Position numbers and translations under genes: made by a program. A stretch of 60,040 nucleotides of DNA from Candidatus Aenigmatarchaeota archaeon (GTDB lineage Archaea; EX4484-52), in contig JAGLPV010000024.1 in NCBI GenBank assembly GCA_023137195.1, positions 1 to 60,040 on the forward strand, written 5' to 3'. This document shows positions 17,587-28,958 of the stretch, piece after piece (within the stretch, counting starts at the first letter, position 1; each line of letters opens with the position of its first letter). The notes under the pieces were generated by a model, which was not told the DNA's origin, searched no databases, and saw only the letters and a program-made list of their open reading frames with translations.

Positions 17587-18436
17587 GTCAGCAATGTCAG
17601 CATGATGGCTTTTTGTATGTGCATCCTGTTTTCAGCCTGTTCATAGACGAGTGATTTTTCGCTCTCTATTACTTTGTCAGTAACTTCCTGTCCACGGATG
17701 GCAGGAAGGCAGTGCATGAAGAACCTGTTTCCCAAAAGAGTTTCATTTACCTGGAACTCCTTTAATGCATGCATCTTTTTTTCTTTTTTTTCTTCATCTC
17801 CCATCGACACCCATGTGTCGGTGTAAACAAAATCTGCGTTTGATACTGCTTCTTGTGGGTTTTCTGTCAAAAAATCAGGAACATAGTCCGGTTCCAGAGA
17901 TTTCGGAGCGGCGACATTTATCTTTATGCCAAGTGTTTTGGCGGCGATAATAAGCGAATTGCAGACATTGTTGCCATCCCCTATGTAGGCAATGGTCGCA
18001 TCTTCCGGGTTTTTTATGGTCTCAAATATTGTCATCATGTCCGCAAGTGCCTGGCATGGATGGAATTTATCGCAAAGTGCGTTGATTATGGGGACACTAC
18101 TTGCTTCCTGAAAAGTTGCAATCGTCTCATGGTCAAATACCCTTGCCATCATTATGTCAGCATACCTACTTAGGCATTTTACTTCGTCAGACAGGTTTGC
18201 TTTCTTTGTGTGAGTAGTAGAAGCATCCAAATATATTGCATGTCCGCCAAGCCGGGTTGCTCCTGTCTCGAAAGATACTCTTGTCCTTAACGATGATTTT
18301 TCAAACCACATTACAAGCGTTTTGTCTTTCATTGAATCCCTGTACTTTTCCGGCTCTTTCTTGATGTCTATGCCAAGGTCGATTATTTCTTTCAATTCCT
18401 GTTTTGAAAAGTCCAGGAGGTTTGGCATGTGTTTTA

Positions 18437-18440
<4 letters not shown>
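17577..18440 (-). CDS. argF: Ornithine carbamoyltransferase
   Basis: S.RTRVSFE, HPCQ, DTWVSMG, HCLP. Confidence 0.93.
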
Positions 18441-19648
<1,208 letters not shown>

Positions 19649-19812
19649 TTTAATCACGTTCTTTAATAGATATATGTGGCTGTAGAGGGCTTTATATTTG
19701 ATGTCCCATATGAAACAGGGTTTTAGAAATTTGTTTTATTTGAAACAAATGCAGAAGCATAAAAACCAAAGAATTTATTAAGACAGGATTCAAATATTAT
19801 TAGGGATGAGTT

Positions 19813-20259
19813 ATGGAGGGAGAAGATAAAAATATGACGGCATATTGTGGTCTTTACTGTGGCGATTGTTTTGGATATAAAGGCGATGTTGCTGATATGG
19901 CAAGGGATTTGAGAAAGGAAATGAGAAAGCCGGAATATAAACGATTTGCAGAGTTTATTTCTAAGACTCCTTTTGGCAAAGCATATGAAAATTATGATGC
20001 CTGTTATGAAATGCTCGGTGCAATGGTAAGATTCCGGTGCAAAAGAGGATGCAAAAATGGGGGTGGTCCGCCGTTTTGCAAAATAAGGCAATGCGCACAA
20101 AAAAAAGAATATGAAGGATGCTGGGAATGCGATGAATTTGAGACCTGCAAAAAACTGGATTTTTTAAAAGATGTTCATCTTGATGCGCATATCAAAAATT
20201 TAAAAATTATCAAAAAGAAAGGAGTTAAAGAATTTGAGAAAGGTAAAAGGAATTGGTAG
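19813..20259 (+). CDS. DUF3795-like Cys-rich protein
   Basis: CGLYCGDC...C..GC...CKIRQC...CWEC..F..C. Confidence 0.8.
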   Translation: MEGEDKNMTAYCGLYCGDCFGYKGDVADMARDLRKEMRKPEYKRFAEFISKTPFGKAYENYDACYEMLGAMVRFRCKRGCKNGGGPPFCKIRQCAQKKEYEGCWECDEFETCKKLDFLKDVHLDAHIKNLKIIKKKGVKEFEKGKRNW

Positions 20260-20265
20260 TTGTCT

Positions 20266-21612
20266 ATGGATGGGAGAATAAAGCAGTTGCTTGAAGAAGG
20301 AGAAGGACAGTTTGTTGAATTCAAGGAAAATATTGACAAGTCCCTGGCAAAGGAAATTGTTGCTTTTGCCAATGCAACGGGCGGAAAAATATACCTTGGG
20401 ATAGATGATAAAAATATTTTGAAAGGAATTGAAGTGACTAACAGGTTAAAATCACAGGTAACAGATATTGCGAAAAACTGCGACCCGAAAATACCTGTGT
20501 CTCTTGGGAAAATAGAAAATTTACTTATCATAACCGTTTTGGAAAGCGTGAACAAACCGCATCAATGCAAAGAAGGTTTTCATTTGCGGCTCGGGGCAAA
20601 TTCCCAGAAATTAACAAGGGATGAAATCATCAAATTCTGCATCAGGGAAAACAAAATAAGGTTTGATGAGCAGATTTGCAAAAATTTTGATTTTGCGGAT
20701 TTTGATGACGAAAAATTTGAATATTACCTGAAACTTGCGCGCATTTCAAATACACTTGACAAAAAAGAGTTGTTGAGAAATATTCGTGCTTTAACTGTCG
20801 AGGGAATGACCAATGCAGGTGTTTTGTTTTTCGCAAAAGAGCCATACAAATATATAATGACTTCAAGGATAAGATGCGTGCTTTTCAAGGGGAATGAAAG
20901 AGTCAGAATTCTGGATAAAAAAGAAGTTGATAAAGGAATTATCGGCAATATTGAATATGCTGTGAACTATCTGGATGAGCATGTTCCTGTAAGGTTTGAA
21001 ATTAAAGGCCTTTACAGGAAAGAGTTTCCGCAGTTTCCGCAGGATGCGTATAGGGAAGCAATTGTCAATGCTGTAATTCATAGGGATTATTTTGAAAATG
21101 GAGAAGTTGCAGTTGAAAAATCCCGGAATTTTATTTATATCAACAACCCGGGCGGGGTTGTTTCTTCGCTGTCAAAAAAGGATTTTGGAACACTAAGTTG
21201 GCCAAGAAACAGGTTGCTTGCTGATTTGCTTTCAAGAACGTATCTTATGGAAAAGGCAGGAACTGGAATCAGGAGGATAAAAGATGCGTCTTTAGAGAAT
21301 AAAAATCTTGTAGAATTTAGGGACAGGGGAACTTATTTTTTCGCTGTATTTGAAAATAAGGAAAGTCCTGATGTTTCTAAAGAAAGTTCCCAGAAAACTG
21401 TGGAGAAAACTGTGGAGAAAACTGTGGAGAAAATAATCAATGTTATAAAAGAAAATCCAAAAGTCACAGTCAAGGAACTTGTTGCAAGAACCGGTCTTTC
21501 AAGAAGAGGTGTTGAATGGAACATCTTAAAGCTAAAAGAGAAAGGTTTATTAAAAAGAATAGGACCGGATAAAGGAGGATATTGGAAAATAATTATGGAG
21601 GAGAATAAATAA
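20266..21612 (+). CDS. AlbA_2 (Schlafen-like) / HATPase_c_4 / wHTH protein
   Basis: GEGQFVEFKE, AFANATGG, REAIVNAVIHRDY, EKAGTG, C-terminal wHTH R.GPDKGGYW. Confidence 0.85.
   Translation: MDGRIKQLLEEGEGQFVEFKENIDKSLAKEIVAFANATGGKIYLGIDDKNILKGIEVTNRLKSQVTDIAKNCDPKIPVSLGKIENLLIITVLESVNKPHQCKEGFHLRLGANSQKLTRDEIIKFCIRENKIRFDEQICKNFDFADFDDEKFEYYLKLARISNTLDKKELLRNIRALTVEGMTNAGVLFFAKEPYKYIMTSRIRCVLFKGNERVRILDKKEVDKGIIGNIEYAVNYLDEHVPVRFEIKGLYRKEFPQFPQDAYREAIVNAVIHRDYFENGEVAVEKSRNFIYINNPGGVVSSLSKKDFGTLSWPRNRLLADLLSRTYLMEKAGTGIRRIKDASLENKNLVEFRDRGTYFFAVFENKESPDVSKESSQKTVEKTVEKTVEKIINVIKENPKVTVKELVARTGLSRRGVEWNILKLKEKGLLKRIGPDKGGYWKIIMEENK
21392..21433. repeat. 12-bp tandem repeat encoding (KTVE)x3
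   Basis: AGAAAACTGTGG x3 plus partial. Confidence 0.9.
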
Positions 21613-21615
21613 ACT

Positions 21616-22359
21616 ATGCTATACATGATAGGATTAGGAATAAGCGGAATCGGAGATATAACGCTAAAAGGAGCAGAAATGCTGGGGAAAAGCGATGCCA
21701 TTTTTATGGAAGAATACACATGCCCGCTGAACATTAAATTAAAAGACCTTGAAAAACTTACAGGGAAAAAAATCACGCTTTTGGATAGGAAAGGCGTGGA
21801 AGAAGACAATAATATATTAAAAAATGCCTCAAAAAAAGATATTGCTTTTTTGGTTGGAGGAGACCCACTGAGTGCTACAACGCATAAGGAATTGTTGATT
21901 GAAGCAAAACAAAAAAACATCAAATACACGATAATTCATTCTTCTTCAATTTTTAGTGCAGTTGCAGAATGCGGACTGGAACTCTATAATTTTGGAAAAA
22001 CTGTCAGCCTGCCGTTTTTTGCCAGGAATTTCACGCCTCAATCGCCTTATGAAAATATCGAAAAAAACAAGGCAAACAATCTTCATACTCTTCTTTTGCT
22101 TGATATTGGAATGGATGTAAAAACAGCAATAAACCAGTTGATGAAAATAGAAAAACAGATAAAACACAATCTTTTTACTAGTAAATCCATGTTGATTGCC
22201 TGTAAAAACATTGGTTCTGATGATTCAGGAATCAAGTATGACACTATTGAAAATCTTTTGAAAATGCCTTTTTCAAATAAGCAAAACACATTGTATTGCC
22301 TTGTGATTCCCGCAAAGTTGAATTTCAAGGAAAAAGAATACCTGTCTGTCGTTGTTTGA
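21616..22359 (+). CDS. dph5: Diphthine synthase
   Basis: LYMIGLG, E.YT, GDPLSATTH, GLELYNFGKTVS, HTLLLLD. Confidence 0.92.
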   Translation: MLYMIGLGISGIGDITLKGAEMLGKSDAIFMEEYTCPLNIKLKDLEKLTGKKITLLDRKGVEEDNNILKNASKKDIAFLVGGDPLSATTHKELLIEAKQKNIKYTIIHSSSIFSAVAECGLELYNFGKTVSLPFFARNFTPQSPYENIEKNKANNLHTLLLLDIGMDVKTAINQLMKIEKQIKHNLFTSKSMLIACKNIGSDDSGIKYDTIENLLKMPFSNKQNTLYCLVIPAKLNFKEKEYLSVVV

Positions 22360-22400
22360 TAGATGAAAAGTTATATAATTATTTCATATATATAATCTAC

Positions 22401-22913
22401 ATGAGAATAAAAACAACAAAAAAAGCATTATCTCCTCTTATTGCGGCAATGCTTTTGTTCGTCATAACATTTGCTATTTCTGCAACAGTCAGCTACTGGT
22501 TTCGGGACAGTACCAATGATTATATGGTTATTGGAAATGAACAGCAAAAGATATTGGAGTCATGCACTTCGCAGATGATTAAGATAACAGATGTTCGGAT
22601 AAAGGACAATGCATATCATAATGAATCTTCTATAACTGTTTTTATAAAAAATGACGGCAGTATGGGAAACAGCACTTTTGTGGAGGCAAGGGCATTTAAT
22701 AGTGTGAATAGTACGCCATGTTTGTTGAATCTTTCCGATACTATTGTTGAGGCGGGGAAAACCACAAGTGCAGTAAATGCCAACTGCGGCAGCATCTATT
22801 TTGGAAATTCCAATAACAAGAAGTTTAATTATGTTACGGTGACAACAACCTGCGCGAAAGTCGAGGATAAATTCGGGGATTCTGCGGTGGAGATTCCAAC
22901 ATGGCTGGATTAG
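22401..22913 (+). CDS. Archaeal type IV pilin-like protein
   Basis: Class III signal peptide KKA/LSPLIAAMLL plus hydrophobic helix; TATA box 30 bp upstream of ATG 22401. Confidence 0.75.
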   Translation: MRIKTTKKALSPLIAAMLLFVITFAISATVSYWFRDSTNDYMVIGNEQQKILESCTSQMIKITDVRIKDNAYHNESSITVFIKNDGSMGNSTFVEARAFNSVNSTPCLLNLSDTIVEAGKTTSAVNANCGSIYFGNSNNKKFNYVTVTTTCAKVEDKFGDSAVEIPTWLD

Positions 22914-23434
22914 ATTACAATATCATCGGCATAATTGGTGTTGCAAGAAGCGGCAAAGATACTGTGGCGAAATACATCTCAGAAAAATATAATTATTATC
23001 ATGTTGATTTTTCAAATGATGGGCTTGAACCTCTGCTGAAAGAAAAAAACATTGCTCCTACAAAAGACAACAAAAGCAGGTTTGCTAAAGACCTGAGAAA
23101 AAAAGAAGGAATGGATGTCATTGCAAAACTCCTGTGGAAAAATATAAAACAGCAGGACAATAAAAATATCGTTGTAAGTGGTTTTAGATGTATTGAAGAA
23201 ATTGATTACTTAAGTTCAAAAGCAAAAAAAATAACATTTATCAAATTGATGGCAGATGAAAAATTTCTTTTGAAATATGGATCTGAAGCAGATTTATTGC
23301 GTAATAAAGGCGATTTAAAAAATTTTGGATTTGATAAGGTACTGAATTATCCTGCTATAAAAATAGAAAATAACGGGACAATAGATGAGTTATTTGGGAA
23401 AATAGACTCAACCCTTATCCGGATAAAAGATTAA
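22901..23434 (+). CDS. P-loop nucleotide kinase (dephospho-CoA/dNMP kinase-like)
   Basis: GVARSGKDT Walker A, VVSGFR..EE, IENNGT. Confidence 0.7.
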   Translation: MAGLDYNIIGIIGVARSGKDTVAKYISEKYNYYHVDFSNDGLEPLLKEKNIAPTKDNKSRFAKDLRKKEGMDVIAKLLWKNIKQQDNKNIVVSGFRCIEEIDYLSSKAKKITFIKLMADEKFLLKYGSEADLLRNKGDLKNFGFDKVLNYPAIKIENNGTIDELFGKIDSTLIRIKD

Positions 23435-25422
23435 TCTTTCTTTTCTTTTTCTCCACAGATGGGGCATGTCCAATGTTCGCCGGGGATGTATCCATGAACA
23501 GGACAAATGCTGAATGTCGGAGTTATTGAAAAATAAGGCAGTTTATAGTTTTGGGCTACTTTTTTTACAAGCTGTTTGCACATCTCTTTATCGTTTATTC
23601 TTTCTCCCAAAAATAAATGCATAACTGTTCCTCCTGTGTATTTGCACTGCAACTCATCCTGGTGCTGGAGAGCAAAGAACATATCCTCTGTATGCTTCAC
23701 TGAAAGCTGGGATGAATTTGTGTAATATGGTTCATTCGTTCCCTGCTGTATTATATCAGGGTACTGCTTTTTGTCCACTTTTGCAAACCTGTATGTGCAT
23801 CCTTCTGCCGGGGTTGCCTCGAGATTATACATGTCTCCTGTTTCTTCCTGGAAATCAGAGAGTTTTTTTCTCATGAAATCCATGATTTCAAGCGCAAATG
23901 CCTTGCCTTTTTTTGTGGCAATGTCTTCTCCGGTGTAGTTTAAGACTGATTCGTTCATGCCAACAATACCTATTGTGCTGAAATGATTGCTCCAGTATTT
24001 TTCTGTGGATTTGAATATGTTTCTCAGGTAAAATTTTGCATATGGGTAGAGTCCTCCTTTTGTGTATTCTTCCAGGATTTTTCTTTTGATTTCAAGACTG
24101 GTTTTTGCAATGAGCATCAGATGCTCTAAATGCTCAAAGAATTCGTTTTTATTTGCGGATATGTATCCTATTCTTGGCATGTTGATTGTGACTACGCCTA
24201 TGCTTCCTGTAAGCGGGGCTGAAGCAAATAAACCACCCTGTCTTTTTCTTAGTTCCCGGTTATCCAACCTGAGCCGACAGCACATACTTCTTGCATCATC
24301 CGGCTTCATGTCGCTGTGGATAAAATTTGCAAAATATGGTGTGCCGTATTTTGCAGTCATCTCCCATAAAAAATCAAGATTTTTATTGTCCCAGTCAAAG
24401 TCTTTTGTTATATTGTATGTTGGTATTGGAAATGTAAATATTCTTCCCTTTGCATCTCCGTTGCACATGACCTCCGCAAATGCCCGGTTGAGCATATCCA
24501 TTTCATTTTGAAAGTCAGCGTATGTTTCTTTTTGCTTTTTCCCGCCGATTATTACATTTTCTTTTGCGACCAGCCCGGCAGGGGTTAAATCCATTGTGAT
24601 ATTTGTAAATGGAGTTTGGAATCCTACTCGTGTAGGTACATTGATATTGAATATGAATTCCTGCATTGCCTGCTTTACTTCATTGTAATCGAGTTTATCA
24701 TATTTTATGAATGGCGCCAGGTATGTATCAAAATTACTGAAGGCGACAGCTCCTGCCGTTTCCCCCTGGAGGGTGTAAAAGAAATTCACTACCTGTCCTA
24801 ATGCTGTCTTAAAATGCTTTGGAGGTCTGCTTTCTACTTTCCCGCAAACACCCCCGAATCCTTTCTCCAGCAAATCCTTCAATTCCCATCCACAGCAGTA
24901 TGTGGCGAGCATTCCAAGATCGTGGATGTGGAGTTCTCCTTTTGTGTGGGCTTCTCTTACTTCTTTGGGATATATTTTATTCAGCCAGTATTTTGAGATT
25001 ACAATATTTGCTATGTAATTGTTCAGTCCCTGGAGAGAAAAACCCATGTTTGAATTTTCCTTTATCATCCAGTCCATCTTTTTCAGGTATTTATTTACCA
25101 TGTCTGCAGAGTTGATTATACCCTGCATTTCTCTTACCTGCTTTCTTTGATTCCGGTACAGTATGTATGCTTTGGCAGTCTGTGCATGACCTTCTTCGAT
25201 GAGTACTTTTTCAACGCAGTCCTGTACCTGTTCGACTGTAGGCGTATCTGTACTTAAAGCTACTTTTGCATAGAACATAACCTTATCTGCAATCTCTTTT
25301 GAAAGAGCGAAGTCCTTTCCGCCAATGGATTGAGCGGATTTAAAAATAGCGCGGCTTATTTTTGATTTGTCAAAATCAACAATTTTCCCGTTTCTCTTAA
25401 TTATTTTCTTTAATTCTACCAT
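23431..25422 (-). CDS. nrdD: Class III anaerobic ribonucleoside-triphosphate reductase with ATP cone, lacking the C-terminal glycyl-radical segment
   Basis: IIKRNG ATP cone, HIHDL, YCCGW, SMCCRL, EATPAEG, YYTNS, CPVHG..CPIC. Confidence 0.9.
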   Translation of the reverse strand: MVELKKIIKRNGKIVDFDKSKISRAIFKSAQSIGGKDFALSKEIADKVMFYAKVALSTDTPTVEQVQDCVEKVLIEEGHAQTAKAYILYRNQRKQVREMQGIINSADMVNKYLKKMDWMIKENSNMGFSLQGLNNYIANIVISKYWLNKIYPKEVREAHTKGELHIHDLGMLATYCCGWELKDLLEKGFGGVCGKVESRPPKHFKTALGQVVNFFYTLQGETAGAVAFSNFDTYLAPFIKYDKLDYNEVKQAMQEFIFNINVPTRVGFQTPFTNITMDLTPAGLVAKENVIIGGKKQKETYADFQNEMDMLNRAFAEVMCNGDAKGRIFTFPIPTYNITKDFDWDNKNLDFLWEMTAKYGTPYFANFIHSDMKPDDARSMCCRLRLDNRELRKRQGGLFASAPLTGSIGVVTINMPRIGYISANKNEFFEHLEHLMLIAKTSLEIKRKILEEYTKGGLYPYAKFYLRNIFKSTEKYWSNHFSTIGIVGMNESVLNYTGEDIATKKGKAFALEIMDFMRKKLSDFQEETGDMYNLEATPAEGCTYRFAKVDKKQYPDIIQQGTNEPYYTNSSQLSVKHTEDMFFALQHQDELQCKYTGGTVMHLFLGERINDKEMCKQLVKKVAQNYKLPYFSITPTFSICPVHGYIPGEHWTCPICGEKEKKD

Positions 25423-25550
25423 CTTCAACACATATTAAAAACCATATTTATCTAAAAAAAACAACTTTTAAAAACATATTGAAATTGATTTTTTATTGTA
25501 ACCAAACCACAATAAAAATGTTCGATTCAAATAGATACTCTTCTCCTGAT

Positions 25551-25895
25551 CTAAATATTGAGTTTGATTCTGTATCCTTTCTCTGTTTTCTCTACGTTAT
25601 CCATAGCAATAATAAACCAGTTTTTGTTTTTTACATGCTTGACTGCAAACAGGGATTCTGCACCGAATTGTTCTGCTGTTTTTTTCAGGTTTTCTATCTC
25701 TCTTTCCTCGAGGTAAACGATTGAATTTTTTGTTGATTTGCATTCTATGACAATGATTTTTTTGTCTTTTGCTGCAATCAGGTCTGGCTTTTTGCTCCCG
25801 GCAGACCGGATTGCAGTCCACCCGTCTTCTTCGAGTTTTGTTTTGACAGCTCTTTCGAAGGCACATCCTTTTAGATAGGCTTTATTTGCTGACAT
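25551..25895 (-). CDS. hjc: Archaeal Holliday junction resolvase
   Basis: KG..FER, IRSAGS, PDLIA, IECK. Confidence 0.88.
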   Translation of the reverse strand: MSANKAYLKGCAFERAVKTKLEEDGWTAIRSAGSKKPDLIAAKDKKIIVIECKSTKNSIVYLEEREIENLKKTAEQFGAESLFAVKHVKNKNWFIIAMDNVEKTEKGYRIKLNI

Positions 25896-25900
25896 AATAA

Positions 25901-26662
25901 CTAAGGTGCATCAAATTCAACCCTATAGGTTGCCCTGCCTCTTAAGAAATCGACGGTTTTGGTATCTTCATCTCCTGTTGAAATTACTTTTGCTGTAATT
26001 GTTGCTTTGTTTATATTTGTGTTTAGGCATGTGTTTGGAGCATAAACACTTCCACCGTATTTAAGTCCGTTGTTCTGTAATTCAACATTTATCTTTATTT
26101 GTTCATTTCCAGCTCCTGTTTTGATTATCACAGGATTTGTGTTTATTGCTATCTGAACGGGTCCCTCTGTCTGGGTGAATTTCAGGTAATCTGATGGTAT
26201 TTGTCCTCTTTGTTTAAGCATCTGGTATTCTTCTTTGGACATTGACTTAATCTTTAGTATTGCTTTTGTCTGGTAATGACCGCATACTTTGGCAGTTGGT
26301 TTGTAATATATATCGAAAGGGTTGTTATTCTGGTTTGCTGTGGCAGTCCACTCCACCAATTCCTCGTTAAGGGAGGTTCCTGTGTTTTTCTTTGCATCAA
26401 GAGAATCTATTTTTTTGTTATTCAAAGGGCTGAATCCATCTTCTTTTATGCTTACTGTGATGTCATCTGCTTCTACAAGTCCTGTGTTTTTGACAACAAC
26501 ATAGACTCCTACTTCTTCCCCACCATAGGCTTCTTTCGGGGTGATTTGGAAATCTGCGATAATCAACCCGTCTATTGGATTACTCTGTTCTTTTGAACAG
26601 CCGGATGATAAGATTAAAATGAGCAATAGAGCAGAAACAAAGAGACATTTTCTAAAATTCAT
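25901..26662 (-). CDS. Exported (lipo)protein with CARDB/Ig-like domain
   Basis: Signal with LSSGC lipobox-like motif, VKNTG..A Ig-like pattern. Confidence 0.55.
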   Translation of the reverse strand: MNFRKCLFVSALLLILILSSGCSKEQSNPIDGLIIADFQITPKEAYGGEEVGVYVVVKNTGLVEADDITVSIKEDGFSPLNNKKIDSLDAKKNTGTSLNEELVEWTATANQNNNPFDIYYKPTAKVCGHYQTKAILKIKSMSKEEYQMLKQRGQIPSDYLKFTQTEGPVQIAINTNPVIIKTGAGNEQIKINVELQNNGLKYGGSVYAPNTCLNTNINKATITAKVISTGDEDTKTVDFLRGRATYRVEFDAP

Positions 26663-26710
26663 AGTATTATAAAAATTAAACATTTATTAAGGTTTTGTTG
26701 TAATAAAATA

Positions 26711-27661
26711 ATGGATAGAACTGATGAAAATAAGCAAAATTATGATTTGGTAATTATTGGGGCTGGCTGTGCCGGTCTTACGAGTGGAATATATGCAGGA
26801 AGATACAAACTCAAGACAGCTATTATTGGTTCGTATCAGAATAGTGTGATTATCGAAGCGCACGATATTGAGAATTATCCTGGTTTTGTTTCTATAAGCG
26901 GGATGGATTTGATGAAAAAATTCAAGGAAAGCGTTGATTTGCTTGAGGTCCCGGTACTTGATGAAGAAGTGCGTTCTGTAAAAAAGGACAAGGATAAGTT
27001 CTGTATAACGACCACTGATGGTAAAAAAGAGATTTATGCTGATGCTGTTATTGTGGCATGCGGGACAAAAAAAAGAAAATTAGGTATAGATGGAGAGGAT
27101 GCATTTGGGTCCAGAGGCGTCTCTTATTGCGTGACATGTGATGCTCCTTTGTTTAATGATAAAACTACTGCGGTTATAGGGGGTTCTGATTCTGCATGCC
27201 AGGCGGCGATTCTTCTTTCAAAACATGCAAAGAAAGTGTATCTGATTCACAGGAAAGATAAGCTGAGAGGAGAGCCAATAAATGTAGAGCATGTGTTGAA
27301 AAACAAAAAAATAGAGATTATTTATGCTACTAATGTTATGAAATTCAAGGGGGCGAAAATGCTTGAGTCGATAGAGCTTGACAAGGAATATGATGGGTCT
27401 AAAGAACTTCCTCTTGATGGTGTGTTTATTGAAATTGGTACTGTTCCTTCAACATATTTCTTAGAAGGATTAAATCTTAATCTGACGAAAAATAATGAAA
27501 TAATTGTGGATAAATTTTGTAAGACAAATGCAGAAGGGGTTTATGCGGCAGGAGATATTACAGATACTCCGTTAAGGCAATTGGTGACTGCATGTGGGCA
27601 GGGGTCTATTGCAGCTCTTTCTGCTTTTAAATATATTTTGAAGAAAAAAAGGAGTCAGTAG
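26711..27661 (+). CDS. trxB: Thioredoxin reductase
   Basis: GAGCAG, GVSYCVTCD, GGSDSA, AAGD. Confidence 0.9.
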   Translation: MDRTDENKQNYDLVIIGAGCAGLTSGIYAGRYKLKTAIIGSYQNSVIIEAHDIENYPGFVSISGMDLMKKFKESVDLLEVPVLDEEVRSVKKDKDKFCITTTDGKKEIYADAVIVACGTKKRKLGIDGEDAFGSRGVSYCVTCDAPLFNDKTTAVIGGSDSACQAAILLSKHAKKVYLIHRKDKLRGEPINVEHVLKNKKIEIIYATNVMKFKGAKMLESIELDKEYDGSKELPLDGVFIEIGTVPSTYFLEGLNLNLTKNNEIIVDKFCKTNAEGVYAAGDITDTPLRQLVTACGQGSIAALSAFKYILKKKRSQ

Positions 27662-27665
27662 TAAT

Positions 27666-28829
27666 ATGGCAACATATTCTCATTCAAGAATATCCTTGTT
27701 TGAGCAATGCAAATACCAGTACAAACTCAAATACATTGATAAAGTCAAGGTGGATATCAAGACAACAATAGAGGCATTTTGCGGGGATATTGTTCACCAG
27801 ACACTTGAAAAACTCTACAAAGATTTGAACTATCATAAATTAAATACGTGTGAAGAACTGCTGAATTTTTATTCTTCGCTGTGGGATGAGAAATATACGG
27901 ATGATATTCGAATAGTCAAAAAAGAGTATTCTGCCCAAAACTACAAGGATCGAGGTGCGAAATTTGTCTGTGATTATTACAAGCACTACAAACCATTTGA
28001 AGAAACAAGAGTGCTGGGGCTGGAAACGCAGGATATGTTGGATTTATCAAACAGCAGTAAATACCATGTCCGAATTGACCGGCTGTGTTCAGATAACAAA
28101 GGCAATTATTATGTCTGTGACTATAAGACAAACAGCCGATTGAAGACGCAGGAAGAAGCTGATGGTGACCGTCAGCTTGCAATGTATGCCCTGTGGGTAA
28201 AGGATAGGTTCAAGGATGCAAAATCAGTGAAGCTGATATGGTATATGCTTGCTTTTGACAGGGAAGTACTATCAGAAAGGACGGAAAAAGAACTCGATGA
28301 ATTGAAAAAAGATGTTGAACGAAAAATAGAAACAATTGAAAACTGCCGAAATTTTCCGACGAGCGAGAGTAATTTATGTACGTGGTGTGTCTACAGTCAT
28401 TTGTGTCCTTTATTCAGTCACAAAGCTGATCTGGAAGATAAAAAAGGGCTTAAAAAATATATGGCACAAGATGGTCTGGTATTGACAGATTCTTTGGCAG
28501 ATATGCTTACTCAAAAAAAAGAAATTGAGAGAAAAATAGATGAAGTCAAGGAAAATTTAATTGAATTTGCAAAGCAGAGCAATGCAGATGTGATTTATGG
28601 GACTGATAAAAAGGCAGCTGTAAAAGAATATGAAAAAGTGGTCTATCCTTCAGATAAAGAGAAATTTATTGATACATTAAAGCAAAAAGGACTTTACGAG
28701 GAATTTTCCGGCATCAACTACCTGAAATTAGGCAGCCGGATACTCAAGAAAGAGATTGATAAAGATATAATTGAAATGACCAAACTGGAAAAGAATTACA
28801 GGATTTCTATAAGTAAAAACAAGAACTAA
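27666..28829 (+). CDS. PD-(D/E)XK RecB/AddB-like nuclease with Fe-S cysteines and C-terminal coiled coil
   Basis: YSHSR..F..C, RIDRL, DYKT, QLAMY, C.WC.Y...CP. Confidence 0.82.
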   Translation: MATYSHSRISLFEQCKYQYKLKYIDKVKVDIKTTIEAFCGDIVHQTLEKLYKDLNYHKLNTCEELLNFYSSLWDEKYTDDIRIVKKEYSAQNYKDRGAKFVCDYYKHYKPFEETRVLGLETQDMLDLSNSSKYHVRIDRLCSDNKGNYYVCDYKTNSRLKTQEEADGDRQLAMYALWVKDRFKDAKSVKLIWYMLAFDREVLSERTEKELDELKKDVERKIETIENCRNFPTSESNLCTWCVYSHLCPLFSHKADLEDKKGLKKYMAQDGLVLTDSLADMLTQKKEIERKIDEVKENLIEFAKQSNADVIYGTDKKAAVKEYEKVVYPSDKEKFIDTLKQKGLYEEFSGINYLKLGSRILKKEIDKDIIEMTKLEKNYRISISKNKN

Positions 28830-28853
28830 GCCCACAAAAGAAAAAGAAAGTGA

Positions 28854-28929
28854 TTTTAATCCACAGAAAGAAAGAAAATAACCTCCTTTTTCCACGCTTC
28901 CTGTGTCTTCCGTGCGTTCTTGTGGATAA
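28854..28929. repeat. Intergenic repeat family, site 3
   Basis: TTTTAATCCACAGA left end; right end 28898-28927 is 27/30 identical to 31578-31607. Confidence 0.85.
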
Positions 28930-28958
28930 GTTTAATAAATTAACTCCATTGTTTGGTT

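Noticed and set aside
22296-22400. N-terminal extension of the pilin ORF
   Set aside because: Overlaps dph5; TATA box and signal peptide point to ATG 22401
27666-28829. Cas4 / CRISPR adaptation gene
   Set aside because: RecB-like nuclease among housekeeping genes with a long C-terminal extension; no cas1/cas2 or array
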